This document shows positions 1 to 13,430 of a DNA stretch of 64,000 bases, piece by piece. The notes under the pieces were generated by a model. The model was not told the DNA's origin. It saw only the letters and a program-made list of their open reading frames with translations, and ran no database searches. The position numbers and the translations under genes were made by a program. The DNA is from Ignavibacteriales bacterium (GTDB taxonomy: Bacteria > Bacteroidota > Ignavibacteria > UBA10030 > UBA6906). Each line of letters opens with the position of its first letter. Within the stretch, counting starts at the first letter, position 1. The stretch spans positions 10,442 through 74,441 of the forward strand of contig JBBIRR010000018.1 of assembly GCA_037441705.1 (NCBI GenBank), written 5' to 3'.

Positions 1-1680
1 ATCGTCCGGCTCAACATCATGGCAGCAACGCTGTGCGCTGGAGGGGTTTTCTTCTTCTATCACCTCGTTCATGGAATGCTGACAGGTGTCTTTGCCGGGA
101 GTTCTGTGTTACGGTTCAAAAGGAAAGAGGTTTTGCCGTCGGCGATTCGTGTGGCGAGTGCTGCTGCGTCGCTGCTTCTGGCATTTTCGGAAACGTATTG
201 GTCGCAGGCTGTGTCGGTGGAAGTGTACGCACTGCACGTCTTCTTCCTGTCGCTTGTAACGTTCGCGTTTCTCCGCGCTGTGTATCACGGCGAGTGGTTC
301 GCGGATGAGCCCGGCGCGTCCGCACGCTGGTGGTATCTGTTTGCTTTTGTTCTGGGGTTGAGTTTCACAAACCACATGACGACGATTCTGTTGGCGCCCG
401 GCTTTCTCTATCTCTACTTTGCCTCGCAGGGTGTTGGGAGAGAAGCGTGGAAACGGGTAGGACGGCTGGTGCTCCCCTTCCTTCTCGGCTTTTCTGTTTA
501 TCTCTACCTGCCGTTGCGGGCGATGCAATCTCCGCTCCTCAACTGGGGAAATCCGGTGACGCTGGAGAAGTTCTGGTGGCATTGGACGGGCAAGCAGTAT
601 CGGGTGTGGATTTTTTCCTCCACCGAAGCTGCAGGTCGTCAGCTAAAGTACTTTCTGGAATCGCTGCCCTACGAGTTTGCATACATCGGCGTGCTGCTGG
701 CAAGCCTCGGCATTGCTCTGTTGTGGCGCAGCAACAGACGTCTGGCGATAACGCTTCTGCTTCTCTTCTTTGGCTGCGTCTTCTATTCCATCAATTATGA
801 CATACACGACATTGATTCCTATTTTCTGCTTGCATACTTCTGCGTTGCCGTGGCAGCAGGTATCGGCCTCCTGTGGCTGTTCCGGTGGATCAGCGAAGAA
901 CTGGATGTGAGGGCAGCGTCGTTCACCGTCATTGCAGTAAGTTTGCTGCCATGTATCGTCCATTTCTCGCAGACAGATGAAACGAAGAACTATTTGGTCG
1001 AAGACTACACGACAAATATGTTCGCTTCGCTCCAGCCGAACGCGTTGGTGTTCTCGTTTCAATGGGATTTTTGGGTGTCTGCTTCGTACTACTATCAACA
1101 CGTCAAAGGCGTGCGGCCGGATGTTGTTGTGGTGGATAAGGAGTTGCTGCGGCGTTCGTGGTACTTCAACCAGCTGGAGCAACAGCATCCTTGGTTGATA
1201 GAAAACTCACGCGCAGAAGTTCAGGCATTCCTCGCGGAGCTCGACAAGTTCGAGCATGACAGGCCGTACAATCCTGCGGTGATTCAAGCACGGTTCGTCG
1301 AGATGATCAGGAGTTTCATGCTGAAGAACATGACAACGCGTCCTGTGTACGTGACAACGGAGATCGAACCCGAATTCACGACAGGGTTGCAGCGTGTGCC
1401 GGAAGGATTGGCGCTGCGCGTCTATGCCGATACTCTTCAGCATCAGATGCGGAATGTCGAGTTGAGGTACCGTCCATTTGAGCGGCAGGGCAGACTTGAA
1501 GATGCCGTGAGGAATCTTTACGCGACAGCGCTGAGCGCGAGAGGAATGTACGCATTACAACGAGGGGATGTTGATTCGGCAGTGAGAACATTACGCAGGG
1601 CGTTGGAGTTCAACCCGCATTCGCGGGAGGTACTGCTCTTGTTGCGGCAGGCAGAACAAATGAGGAAGCAGGGAGTGTGA
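1..1680 (+). CDS. DUF2723 / TMEM260-like multi-TM glycosyltransferase (GT-C) with C-terminal TPR; 5'-truncated by the window edge
   Basis: Frame is open from base 1. Motifs 'WSQAVSVEVYALH', 'GLSFTNHMT', 'YLYLPLRA..P.LNWGNP', many TM segments, and a TPR-like tail 'AVRTLRRALEFNP'. Confidence 0.8.
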   Translation: MVRLNIMAATLCAGGVFFFYHLVHGMLTGVFAGSSVLRFKRKEVLPSAIRVASAAASLLLAFSETYWSQAVSVEVYALHVFFLSLVTFAFLRAVYHGEWFADEPGASARWWYLFAFVLGLSFTNHMTTILLAPGFLYLYFASQGVGREAWKRVGRLVLPFLLGFSVYLYLPLRAMQSPLLNWGNPVTLEKFWWHWTGKQYRVWIFSSTEAAGRQLKYFLESLPYEFAYIGVLLASLGIALLWRSNRRLAITLLLLFFGCVFYSINYDIHDIDSYFLLAYFCVAVAAGIGLLWLFRWISEELDVRAASFTVIAVSLLPCIVHFSQTDETKNYLVEDYTTNMFASLQPNALVFSFQWDFWVSASYYYQHVKGVRPDVVVVDKELLRRSWYFNQLEQQHPWLIENSRAEVQAFLAELDKFEHDRPYNPAVIQARFVEMIRSFMLKNMTTRPVYVTTEIEPEFTTGLQRVPEGLALRVYADTLQHQMRNVELRYRPFERQGRLEDAVRNLYATALSARGMYALQRGDVDSAVRTLRRALEFNPHSREVLLLLRQAEQMRKQGV

Positions 1681-1770
1681 GTTGAAGGGCCGATATCATC
1701 ATCGTTTTCCGGCGCATCCGTTGGCTTTGCTGGGTGAATTTCCAATGAAGGAAAATTAACAGAAGGGTAC

Positions 1771-1799
1771 TTGTTGAGAGGGGACGAAGTGCTTAGATT
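1771..1799 (+). promoter_or_regulatory. Possible rrn P1 promoter
   Basis: TTGTTG-N17-TAGATT about 90 bp upstream of the stronger promoter. Confidence 0.4.
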
Positions 1800-1860
1800 A
1801 TACGTGACCTCTGACCGAGTTGCGGGGGAGCCATCCACTCAAAAAATTTTTCCTCCCTGC

Positions 1861-1889
1861 TTGACACAAATGTACCAGTTGAGTATATT
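1861..1889 (+). promoter_or_regulatory. rrn sigma70 promoter
   Basis: TTGACA(1861-1866)-N17-TATATT(1884-1889), with an A/T tract (UP-like) at about 1841-1851. Confidence 0.8.
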
Positions 1890-1925
1890 ATAAGCCCGCA
1901 AAAATGCGGCACTCGGTACGAGTGG

Positions 1926-1937
1926 TGTTCTTTGAAA
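1926..1937 (+). promoter_or_regulatory. boxA antitermination site (leader)
   Basis: TGTTCTTTGAAA; a second copy TGTTCTTTGACA lies at 4149-4160 in the ITS. Confidence 0.75.
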
Positions 1938-2063
1938 AATAGTGTGCATAGCCAAAGTCAAAACCTGGCAGAGTGAACAACCTTGGCTTAAGGACCTTGC
2001 CCTTCGAGGCAAGGCACTCAAAGCCAAGCATCAAACTCGACATTGAAAAGTTTGAATGAACTT

Positions 2064-3616
<1,553 letters not shown>

Positions 3617-3747
3617 AGTCTTCATCCCGCGCTCGCGCGGGTGAGACAACTTTGATTCTCCACCCTGCTCGGTAGCGACGTTTGTGCTGTGCACACTATT
3701 GTTTGTTCGATGTAGCCTGTGTTCTCCCCATCATCGTTGAATGACAT

Positions 3748-3821
<74 letters not shown>

Positions 3822-3906
3822 CTCCATTAGGCGGTGCGACGAAGGCTCTGCGTTTAGAAGGCATTCCTTCCATTCTTATCAATTTGGTTCGTATCGCCCG
3901 AGCTAC

Positions 3907-3979
3907 GGGGCTGTAGCTCAGCTGGGAGAGCGTCTGGTTTGCAACCAGAAGGTCAGGGGTTCGATCCCCCTCAGCTCCA
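3907..3979 (+). tRNA. tRNA-Ala(TGC)
   Basis: GGGGCTG...CAGCTCCA, G3:U70 pair, anticodon arm TCTGG-TTTGCAA-CCAGA. Confidence 0.97.
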
Positions 3980-3998
3980 CAAAACGCGTGTTGGTCAT

Positions 3999-4073
3999 GG
4001 GCTTGTAGCTCAGCTGGGAGAGCGTGGCGCCTTTGGCGCCAAGGTCAGGGGTTCGATCCCCCTCAGCTCTCCA
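3999..4073 (+). pseudogene. tRNA-Ala-derived tRNA-like gene with the anticodon arm replaced by the palindrome TGGCGCCTTTGGCGCCA
   Basis: D arm, variable loop and T arm are identical to the adjacent tRNA-Ala. The acceptor GGGCTTG/CAGCTCT has a C:C mismatch. The 17-nt anticodon arm (4025-4041) is substituted. Confidence 0.8.
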
Positions 4074-4148
4074 GCGCAACAGCGCGTTACCCGCCAAGCG
4101 GCGGACATCCACGCTCGGCGTGGATGCGGTTGGTTTCAATCAGCCGGC

Positions 4149-4160
4149 TGTTCTTTGACA
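4149..4160 (+). promoter_or_regulatory. ITS boxA
   Basis: TGTTCTTTGACA upstream of the 23S gene. Confidence 0.75.
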
Positions 4161-4354
4161 TACAGGAAGAGTATCGTTAGAAGCGATGCAAGTAGTTTTC
4201 GCCCGGCTCAGGTCGAGCGAAGAACAAACGCACCAAATCTAACATCACAAGCAACAAAGTATCCAACGTAGTAAATGTTTTTCCGTAATCTTATTGATGC
4301 ACCTGAATCCCGACGAATGTCGGGAAGGCAGGATCCGAATCAAGAAAGATTTTT

Positions 4355-7434
<3,080 letters not shown>

Positions 7435-7608
7435 AAGTTTTTGTTGATGCGGAACTGCTCTTCTCCGACATGCTCTCATCGTCATCGAGGGCCGCGCGGA
7501 TGAGGGTGCATCAATAAGCTTATGGAAGAGCACAAATAATCAACGTGATGATCGCCTGTGCGCTTCAACGCGCAGGGCGCTCGATACTCTTCCTCTGTTG
7601 TAGAAAAC

Positions 7609-7726
7609 TTCTGGTGACCATAGCGGAGGTGTTACACCCGATCCCATTCCGAACTCGGCAGTTAAGCCCTCCAGCGCCGATGGTACTGCACTGGCGACGG
7701 TGCGGGAGAGTAGGTCGTTGCCAGAG
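7609..7726 (+). rRNA. rrf: 5S rRNA
   Basis: CTGGTGACCATAGCG...CCCATTCCGAAC...GAGTAGGTCGTTGCCAG. Confidence 0.97.
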
Positions 7727-7733
7727 TTACTGT

Positions 7734-7774
7734 GAATCCCGTCTTGACGAAAGTTGAGACGGGATTCTTGTTTC
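7734..7774 (+). terminator. rrn terminator hairpin
   Basis: GAATCCCGTCTTGAC-GAAA-GTTGAGACGGGATTC followed by TTGTTTCT. Confidence 0.75.
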
Positions 7775-7895
7775 TGCCCCGCCACTCAAAACCAACACAG
7801 TCCCATCTCGTGGCTCAAGCTTCTCATTCTGCGCATCAGAGGGCATCGCTCAAAGCGCTCGATGAGGGAGTGGCGCCTGCGGCGCCATGAAATCC

Positions 7896-7960
7896 GGTCG
7901 TTGCCAGAGTTACTGTGAATCCCGCCTTCGCGAAAGTTGAGGCGGAATTCTTTTTTTGTT
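7896..7960 (+). repeat. Direct duplicate of the 5S 3' end plus terminator
   Basis: GGTCGTTGCCAGAGTTACTGTGAATCCCG is identical to 7713-7741, followed by a diverged hairpin and a T-tract. Confidence 0.85.
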
Positions 7961-7978
7961 CTCAACCCCCAAAAACAT

Positions 7979-8007
7979 CAAAGCCCGATCTCGTTTATCG
8001 GGCTTTG
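7979..8007 (-). terminator. Terminator hairpin for the 8032-8382 gene
   Basis: CAAAGCCCGAT-N7-ATCGGGCTTTG, T-rich downstream on the minus strand. Confidence 0.6.
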
Positions 8008-8031
8008 TGCCACCTGGTGTCTGACCTCGAG

Positions 8032-8382
8032 CTACTTCTGCATCATCTTCTCATGGAACGAGCGGATCTGTTCGCGCGTAAACTTCCCCACCTTTATGAG
8101 CTTGACTTGCGACAACCCCGCGGGAAGCATTGCGCGAGCGGCTGCTTCATCGTTTGCTTCGATCACCGCGTAGCCCGCATGGTCTCCATACATGCATCCC
8201 CAGTCAAACATCGCAAGCATCTTCTCCCCTTTGGCATTCACCTTATCGAGATCGCTCAGGCACGATTCGGGGGTGTGGTTTACGATGACGAGAAAGCGCT
8301 GCCCCTTCGCTGAAGCGGACGACGGACTGATTGCCGTCGCAAACGCGAGGGCGAGAACGATAGAGATGATCCGCGCAAGCAT
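8032..8382 (-). CDS. Small exported protein (GYD/DUF3303-like fold, uncertain)
   Basis: Signal peptide, SD AAAGGAGG, motifs 'HTPESC', 'WGCMYGDHAGYAVIEA', 'KFTREQIRSFH'. Confidence 0.7.
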   Translation of the reverse strand: MLARIISIVLALAFATAISPSSASAKGQRFLVIVNHTPESCLSDLDKVNAKGEKMLAMFDWGCMYGDHAGYAVIEANDEAAARAMLPAGLSQVKLIKVGKFTREQIRSFHEKMMQK

Positions 8383-8435
8383 ATTTGATCCTCCTTTCCC
8401 TCTTAATGAACAAGTTTGTTTGGAGTAACGGGAAC

Positions 8436-8484
8436 AATATACTCAAGAGACGCCCTCTCACTCAATCGCACGATGATGTGATTG
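8436..8484 (-). promoter_or_regulatory. Promoter (TTGAGT-N18-TATATT) with overlapping palindrome CAATCGCA-N6-TGTGATTG, a putative response-regulator site
   Basis: Palindrome at 8463-8484; a related motif lies at 9176-9194. Confidence 0.55.
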
Positions 8485-8500
8485 CAAGGATTCGCCCGGT

Positions 8501-9142
8501 TCAATGGCGTGACTTTTCCGAGCGGAGGGCGAGCGCGATTGCCTGTGCTTTGGAGTTAACGTGAAGCTTCTCGTAGATGTGCTTGATGTGCGATCGAACG
8601 GTATCAATGCTGATGTAGAGCTGGGCCGCGATCATCTTGTAGCTGAGACCTTCGACGAGAGCTTTGAGCACCTCTTCCTCGCGTCGCGAAAGCTGGCGGG
8701 AAAGCTGCGACGTTGGTGACGTCCCCCGAAACATCTCCAGCACCCGGCGCGCGACTTTCGGTGTCATGGGCGCGCCGCCGCGGCGAATGTCGAGAATTGC
8801 CTGTAGGATTTGCTCCGGGGGAGTCTTCTTGAGCAAATATCCCGACGCCCCTGCGCACACAGCTTCAAAGATGCGCTTGTCGTCGTCGTACACCGTGAGC
8901 ATCAGCACCTCCGCCGTGGGGAGTGCCTCCTTCAAGTGAGGAAGCGCCTCGACGCCCGACATTCCCGGCAGGCCGATATCCATCAACACCACTTCGGGCT
9001 TGCAGGTCTGAAGCTGATCCAGCAGCGCCTCCGCATCGGCAAATTCCCCCACACACACAAGGCCCTGCGCACTGTCAATCAGTTGCGTCAGACTTGTCCT
9101 GAGGGCGGCATTGTCTTCAACGATGGCAACGGGTATTTTCAT
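8501..9142 (-). CDS. NarL/LuxR-family response regulator
   Basis: REC domain (IVEDN, LMDIGLPG, GYLLK) plus LuxR HTH (LSRREEEVL...IYEKLHV). ATG at 9142. Confidence 0.95.
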   Translation of the reverse strand: MKIPVAIVEDNAALRTSLTQLIDSAQGLVCVGEFADAEALLDQLQTCKPEVVLMDIGLPGMSGVEALPHLKEALPTAEVLMLTVYDDDKRIFEAVCAGASGYLLKKTPPEQILQAILDIRRGGAPMTPKVARRVLEMFRGTSPTSQLSRQLSRREEEVLKALVEGLSYKMIAAQLYISIDTVRSHIKHIYEKLHVNSKAQAIALALRSEKSRH

Positions 9143-9149
9143 ACGCAAT

Positions 9150-9194
9150 AATATGAGAGATTGAAAAGACCGGCACAATCACATCATTATGTGA
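9150..9194 (-). promoter_or_regulatory. Putative leaderless promoter of the response regulator (TTGTGC-N17-CATATT) with palindrome TCACAT-CATT-ATGTGA
   Basis: -10 at 9150-9155, 7-8 nt from the ATG; palindrome at 9179-9194. Confidence 0.5.
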
Positions 9195-12174
9195 ACGGGG
9201 TAATCAGGTGAACGGTCGTTCCCTTTCCCGGCGCGGACGCAATCGAAAGCTGAGCGCCCAACGCAGCGGCGCGCCGATGCATATTGCGGAGGCCGTCGCC
9301 GGTCGATCGTGCGTTGGGGTCAAACCCTCTACCGTTGTCTCGCACGGTGAGGGCTACCGTCTGTGCGCGCAGCTCCAGGCGGATTTCCGCTTCTGTGCAT
9401 CCTGAGTGTCTTGCAATGTTGTTCACTGCCTCTTTGAAAATGAGGTACAGATGTCCCCGCTTTTCCATAGGGATCGTCATACCGTTGGTGTTTTCGGGGA
9501 AGGTCGCGGTGTACGCGATACCGCGATGTTCCATGGCATCGGCGACAAATGTTTTCATCCGCAACAGAATTTCATCGAGTGAGTCGTTTGCGGGATTGAT
9601 GGCCCACACGATGTCGTCGAGGCGTTCCAGCATGGCGCGGGCATTGGCGTTGATCCGCGTGAGGACCTCCGATGCGCGTGAGCCGTTGGTTGCCATCTCC
9701 TTTCGGGCCACTTCACTGGCAATGGCGATGCTGCTGAGCGTTGAGCCGACGTCATCATGCAGGTCGGCGGCGATGCGCAATCGGACTCGCTCAAACGCAA
9801 GTGCCTGCTGGAGCCGGTAGCGATGCACGAGCCAGAGGAGTGTTGCAACGACCATCGCAGCGCTCACCACAAACCATCCTTGCGCCCACAACGGTGCATC
9901 GACGGTGAAACGGAACGTTGCCGGTGCTGCACTCCAGACGCCATCACCGTTACGTGCGGCAACCTTGAATCGGTACTCTCCCGGCGGCAAGTGGGTATAG
10001 TGAACGTACCGCCGATCGGTCATCGCCGACCACGTCGAATCGAACCCTTCGAGAGTGTAGCGATACTGCACGCGTGCTTCATCGCGGAACGAGAGTCCGA
10101 CAAAATCAAACGCAATCGATTGGTGCTGATAGGGAAGTTTCTTCTGCATCGTGCGGAGCGCGGCGGTATCTTCCTGCCCCGAGACCACAACCCGCGTAAT
10201 GTACACGCTCGGCGGCACCGAAGGCGGCATATCTTCCGCAGGTTCGTATCGCGTCACGCCGTTGTAGGTGGCAAACCAGAGAAATCCGTTGACGTCTTCG
10301 TACACTGCGTTGACGCCTTCACCGGCGAGGCCATCGAACACGGTCAGTGTGCGGACTTCCGGAATCGCAGCATCGGGTGAGGAAAACGTGAGCCGATTTG
10401 CGCCGCGACTTGTGGCAAGCCACACGTCCCCTTTCCGATCTTCTACAATCCCGTTCACCCAATTGCTTGCCAGACCGTCTGCCGTCGTGTAGGATCGAAT
10501 GGAGGCAATGCGGCGATCCTGCAGGACAATTCTTATCGCTCCGCCGAAGCGTGTGCCGAACCAGAGCTGCCCATCGCGTGTCCTCCAGGCACAGCGAATC
10601 TGCTCATCCTTCAACCCGTCGGCAACGCCGATGCGTTGCTTTAGCTGCAGCGTCGGTGTGCCATGACGCTCTCGCGCAGAGACTTCGAAGCGAAGGACTC
10701 CCTTGCTGTGCAATCCCACCCACAAATCACCCGCGGCATCTCGAACAATCCCCGCGACGAGCCGCGCTCCGTACTCCCCTTCGATCGGGTAGGAAAGAAA
10801 CTTGTCATGACGATACAGGCTCACGCCTTCATCGGAGCCGAACCAGAGATTGCCCTCGTCGTCTTGATAGATGGCCCGAACGCGATTCGGTTTGTGGTTG
10901 CGTTCTGCCCAGCCTTCGCGCGGGCCATAGGAGCGAAACCGTTGGCGCTGCGGCTGAAACTTGCTGGGTCCTGCCTCCGTTCCGCACCAGAGCGTGCCCG
11001 CAGCATCAGTGAAGACGGTGAGAATGTAATTGCTCGCGAGACCATCCCGCGTCGTAAACGTCCGCATTTTTTCATTGTCAAGGCGAGCAACGCCGAATCG
11101 CGTTCCAAACCACATTGCCCCGGTTTCATCTCTCGATGCTGCTGTGGCCGCATAGTCTGGAAGCCCATACGCTCGCGTGTAGGTGACGAGGTGTTCGTTA
11201 ATCAGTTTGCTAAGACCGGTCGTGGTGCCGAACCAGAGGTTTCCCTCGCGATCGCGATAGAGCGCTCTCACGCCGCTTCCTGCAAGTCCGTTGGTCTCGT
11301 CGAGGACCGTCAGCATTCCGTCGCGCGTAAATCGGACGACACCCCTATCGTCCAGCCCGATCCACAACGTGTTGTCGGGATCGACCAGCAGCGCGCGAAT
11401 CGGCTGCTTCTGCAGGTAGCGCATCAAGCCCTCTTTCTGCCACGGCTGCTTCGTTGTTATTGTGGGAGAAAGAAGAAGACCCGAAGTAGTTCCCACCCAG
11501 AGGAGGCCGGTGCGGTCGCATGCGAGCGCCTGTACTTCGATCTTCTCAAGAACACGTTCGAGATGCCAGAGTGTGCCGGTCTGCACGACTCTCATCAAAC
11601 CGCCGGTTGTGCCGACCCATACTGTTTTGCTGCTGTCTTCGGCCAGTGTCAGCGCCTGGACTTCTGTGTCGAGCGCGACAAATCTGGAGTCATGAAAGAA
11701 AAGCACCCCGGCATCCGTGGCAACCCACAGCCGAGATCGAGAATCAATCAAGAGTTTGTTGACACGATTGGATGCTGCCGGCGGGGATTCGGGGGAAGGA
11801 AGGAAGTTTGTGAAGCGACGATCGTGATAGCGACTGATGCCGGCAAAATTCGTCGCTATCCAGAGAGCGCCGGTGCTGTCTGCGATGATATCGTTGATGA
11901 AGTCGCTGGGCAGGCCGTCTGCAGTGGTGAAGTGGGTAAACGCGGCACCGTCGTAGCGGTCCAGGCCGTCGCTTGTCGCGAACCACATCCAGCCGCCGGC
12001 ATCTTGGTGAATTGCGCGTATGCTGCTTCTCACCAGGCCGTCTTTGACCGAGTAATTACGGACGGCGAGATGTTGAGCCAGCAGGACGGGCGCTCCAAGC
12101 GTGAGGGTTATCGCTCCTACAACGCTTATCGCGGTGGAACGCGATCTGAACAAATCAAAGAACTCATCCGGCAT
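9187..12174 (-). CDS. Sensor histidine kinase with periplasmic beta-propeller (Reg_prop), Y_Y_Y, HisKA_3 and HATPase domains
   Basis: Repeated 'DG(L)xSNxI...D..GxLWxGT' blades, 'YTHLPPGEYRFKV', 'RIAADLHDDVGS', 'KEAVNNIARHS', 'DNGRGFD'. Start taken at the ATG at 12174. Confidence 0.93.
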   Translation of the reverse strand: MPDEFFDLFRSRSTAISVVGAITLTLGAPVLLAQHLAVRNYSVKDGLVRSSIRAIHQDAGGWMWFATSDGLDRYDGAAFTHFTTADGLPSDFINDIIADSTGALWIATNFAGISRYHDRRFTNFLPSPESPPAASNRVNKLLIDSRSRLWVATDAGVLFFHDSRFVALDTEVQALTLAEDSSKTVWVGTTGGLMRVVQTGTLWHLERVLEKIEVQALACDRTGLLWVGTTSGLLLSPTITTKQPWQKEGLMRYLQKQPIRALLVDPDNTLWIGLDDRGVVRFTRDGMLTVLDETNGLAGSGVRALYRDREGNLWFGTTTGLSKLINEHLVTYTRAYGLPDYAATAASRDETGAMWFGTRFGVARLDNEKMRTFTTRDGLASNYILTVFTDAAGTLWCGTEAGPSKFQPQRQRFRSYGPREGWAERNHKPNRVRAIYQDDEGNLWFGSDEGVSLYRHDKFLSYPIEGEYGARLVAGIVRDAAGDLWVGLHSKGVLRFEVSARERHGTPTLQLKQRIGVADGLKDEQIRCAWRTRDGQLWFGTRFGGAIRIVLQDRRIASIRSYTTADGLASNWVNGIVEDRKGDVWLATSRGANRLTFSSPDAAIPEVRTLTVFDGLAGEGVNAVYEDVNGFLWFATYNGVTRYEPAEDMPPSVPPSVYITRVVVSGQEDTAALRTMQKKLPYQHQSIAFDFVGLSFRDEARVQYRYTLEGFDSTWSAMTDRRYVHYTHLPPGEYRFKVAARNGDGVWSAAPATFRFTVDAPLWAQGWFVVSAAMVVATLLWLVHRYRLQQALAFERVRLRIAADLHDDVGSTLSSIAIASEVARKEMATNGSRASEVLTRINANARAMLERLDDIVWAINPANDSLDEILLRMKTFVADAMEHRGIAYTATFPENTNGMTIPMEKRGHLYLIFKEAVNNIARHSGCTEAEIRLELRAQTVALTVRDNGRGFDPNARSTGDGLRNMHRRAAALGAQLSIASAPGKGTTVHLITPFT

Positions 12175-12357
12175 TGTCGCCACGGGTAATATGGCATCTC
12201 TGCGCCGCAACCGCCGCACAAACGTGCGGCGCGCGCAGATGAATCTACGACGGGATGGGATGATTATCAAGCGTTCGGTCAGATCGGCCCCGCGCATTGC
12301 GCGAACTCCCATCAGTAGCATGAATCATTCGTGAAAGGAGTCCGCACAACGCACGAC

Positions 12358-13353
12358 TCAAGCGAGAATCGGCTCCTTCTCCGGACTGGTGGTCGTCGTT
12401 TCATCCATTTCCTCACCTGAGTGGTACGCCTTCATGACCTGCTGCAATCCTTCTCGGAATGTTGGATAGTGCGGCGCCCACCCCAGGCCTTCCTTTGCGG
12501 CTTGGTTGGATGCGCGAAGAGAGATCTGCATGAACTTCACAGCATCCTTGCCCGTAACGATCTTCGCAACACCCGACGGAATGGAACGCGGGCTCGGCGC
12601 GCCGACCATTTCAGCAATCGTCAGGAACAACTCCTTGATCGTTACAGGACGATCGTCCACAATGTTGTAGGCGCGTCCGGTGTTTGTCTCATACCGTTCC
12701 ACCGCCTGCACGACTGCCGCTGCGGCGTCGTCGAGATGAATGAGGTTCCAGACTGCATCACCCTTTCCCAGCATGGGAATGCTTCTGTTCCGTATCCCTT
12801 CGATGAGCGAGACGGTGTTCTGCGCGCCGGGACCGTAGAAGCCGCCGAACCGCAGCGTGATGGACGGCAGGCCGTCGTTCCGGACATGGCGCTCAATGAT
12901 CCGCTCCATCTCCAACGCTGATTGGAGTGTGTATGGGAGGTCGTGGCCGAGAGCAACGCTTTCATCCACCTTCGCCCCATCGTAGCGAGCGTACAGATGG
13001 ACGATACTCTCCTGCACGTACACGCGCACACGGTTTTCGAGCGCTGCGCGTATCAGGTTTTGCGTACCCTTCGTCCGCAGCAGATCGTTCATCACCCAAT
13101 CTTTCTTTCGCGGTCGCGGAGATTTGGGAATGCTTGTAGCAAGATGGAGCACAGCGTCATGGCCGGCGACATGGTGTGTCATGGCCTTTGGATCGAAGAT
13201 GTCCGCGCGCGCAATCCGCGCCCCCATCGAGCGCAGGAGTTCCTCGTTCTCTGTACTGCGGGCAAGTCCCGTTACGTCGTGACCACGCGCGATGAGCCTT
13301 CGAACCACGCGGCGGCCTAACACCCCCGTTGCCCCGGCAATGAATATGTTCAT
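12358..13353 (-). CDS. NAD-dependent epimerase/dehydratase (atypical SDR)
   Basis: GATGVLG Rossmann motif, 'LRFGGFYGPG', 'IHLDDAA', 'LGWAPHYP'. Confidence 0.9.
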   Translation of the reverse strand: MNIFIAGATGVLGRRVVRRLIARGHDVTGLARSTENEELLRSMGARIARADIFDPKAMTHHVAGHDAVLHLATSIPKSPRPRKKDWVMNDLLRTKGTQNLIRAALENRVRVYVQESIVHLYARYDGAKVDESVALGHDLPYTLQSALEMERIIERHVRNDGLPSITLRFGGFYGPGAQNTVSLIEGIRNRSIPMLGKGDAVWNLIHLDDAAAAVVQAVERYETNTGRAYNIVDDRPVTIKELFLTIAEMVGAPSPRSIPSGVAKIVTGKDAVKFMQISLRASNQAAKEGLGWAPHYPTFREGLQQVMKAYHSGEEMDETTTTSPEKEPILA

Positions 13354-13396
13354 AGTGTATCCTCGATGCGTTCAACAATGGTGGTTTCACTATGAA

Positions 13397-13423
13397 GACA
13401 AGTCGAGAGGCGAAAACGTGACA
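13397..13423 (-). promoter_or_regulatory. ECF41-type promoter for the epimerase gene
   Basis: Minus strand TGTCACG-N16-TGTC versus the ECF41 consensus TGTCACA-N16-CGTC. Confidence 0.75.
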
Positions 13424-13430
13424 ACAGCGA

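Noticed and set aside
3999-4073. Calling it a genuine tRNA-Lys(TTT)
   Set aside because: No U33, closable anticodon loop, Ala-type body and a mismatched acceptor stem.
9176-9195. CRP/FNR site
   Set aside because: The half-sites are TCACA-N6-TGTGA, the reverse arrangement of the CRP box TGTGA-N6-TCACA.
10663-12189. 508-aa plus-strand ORF
   Set aside because: Antisense shadow of the histidine kinase; no recognisable motifs.
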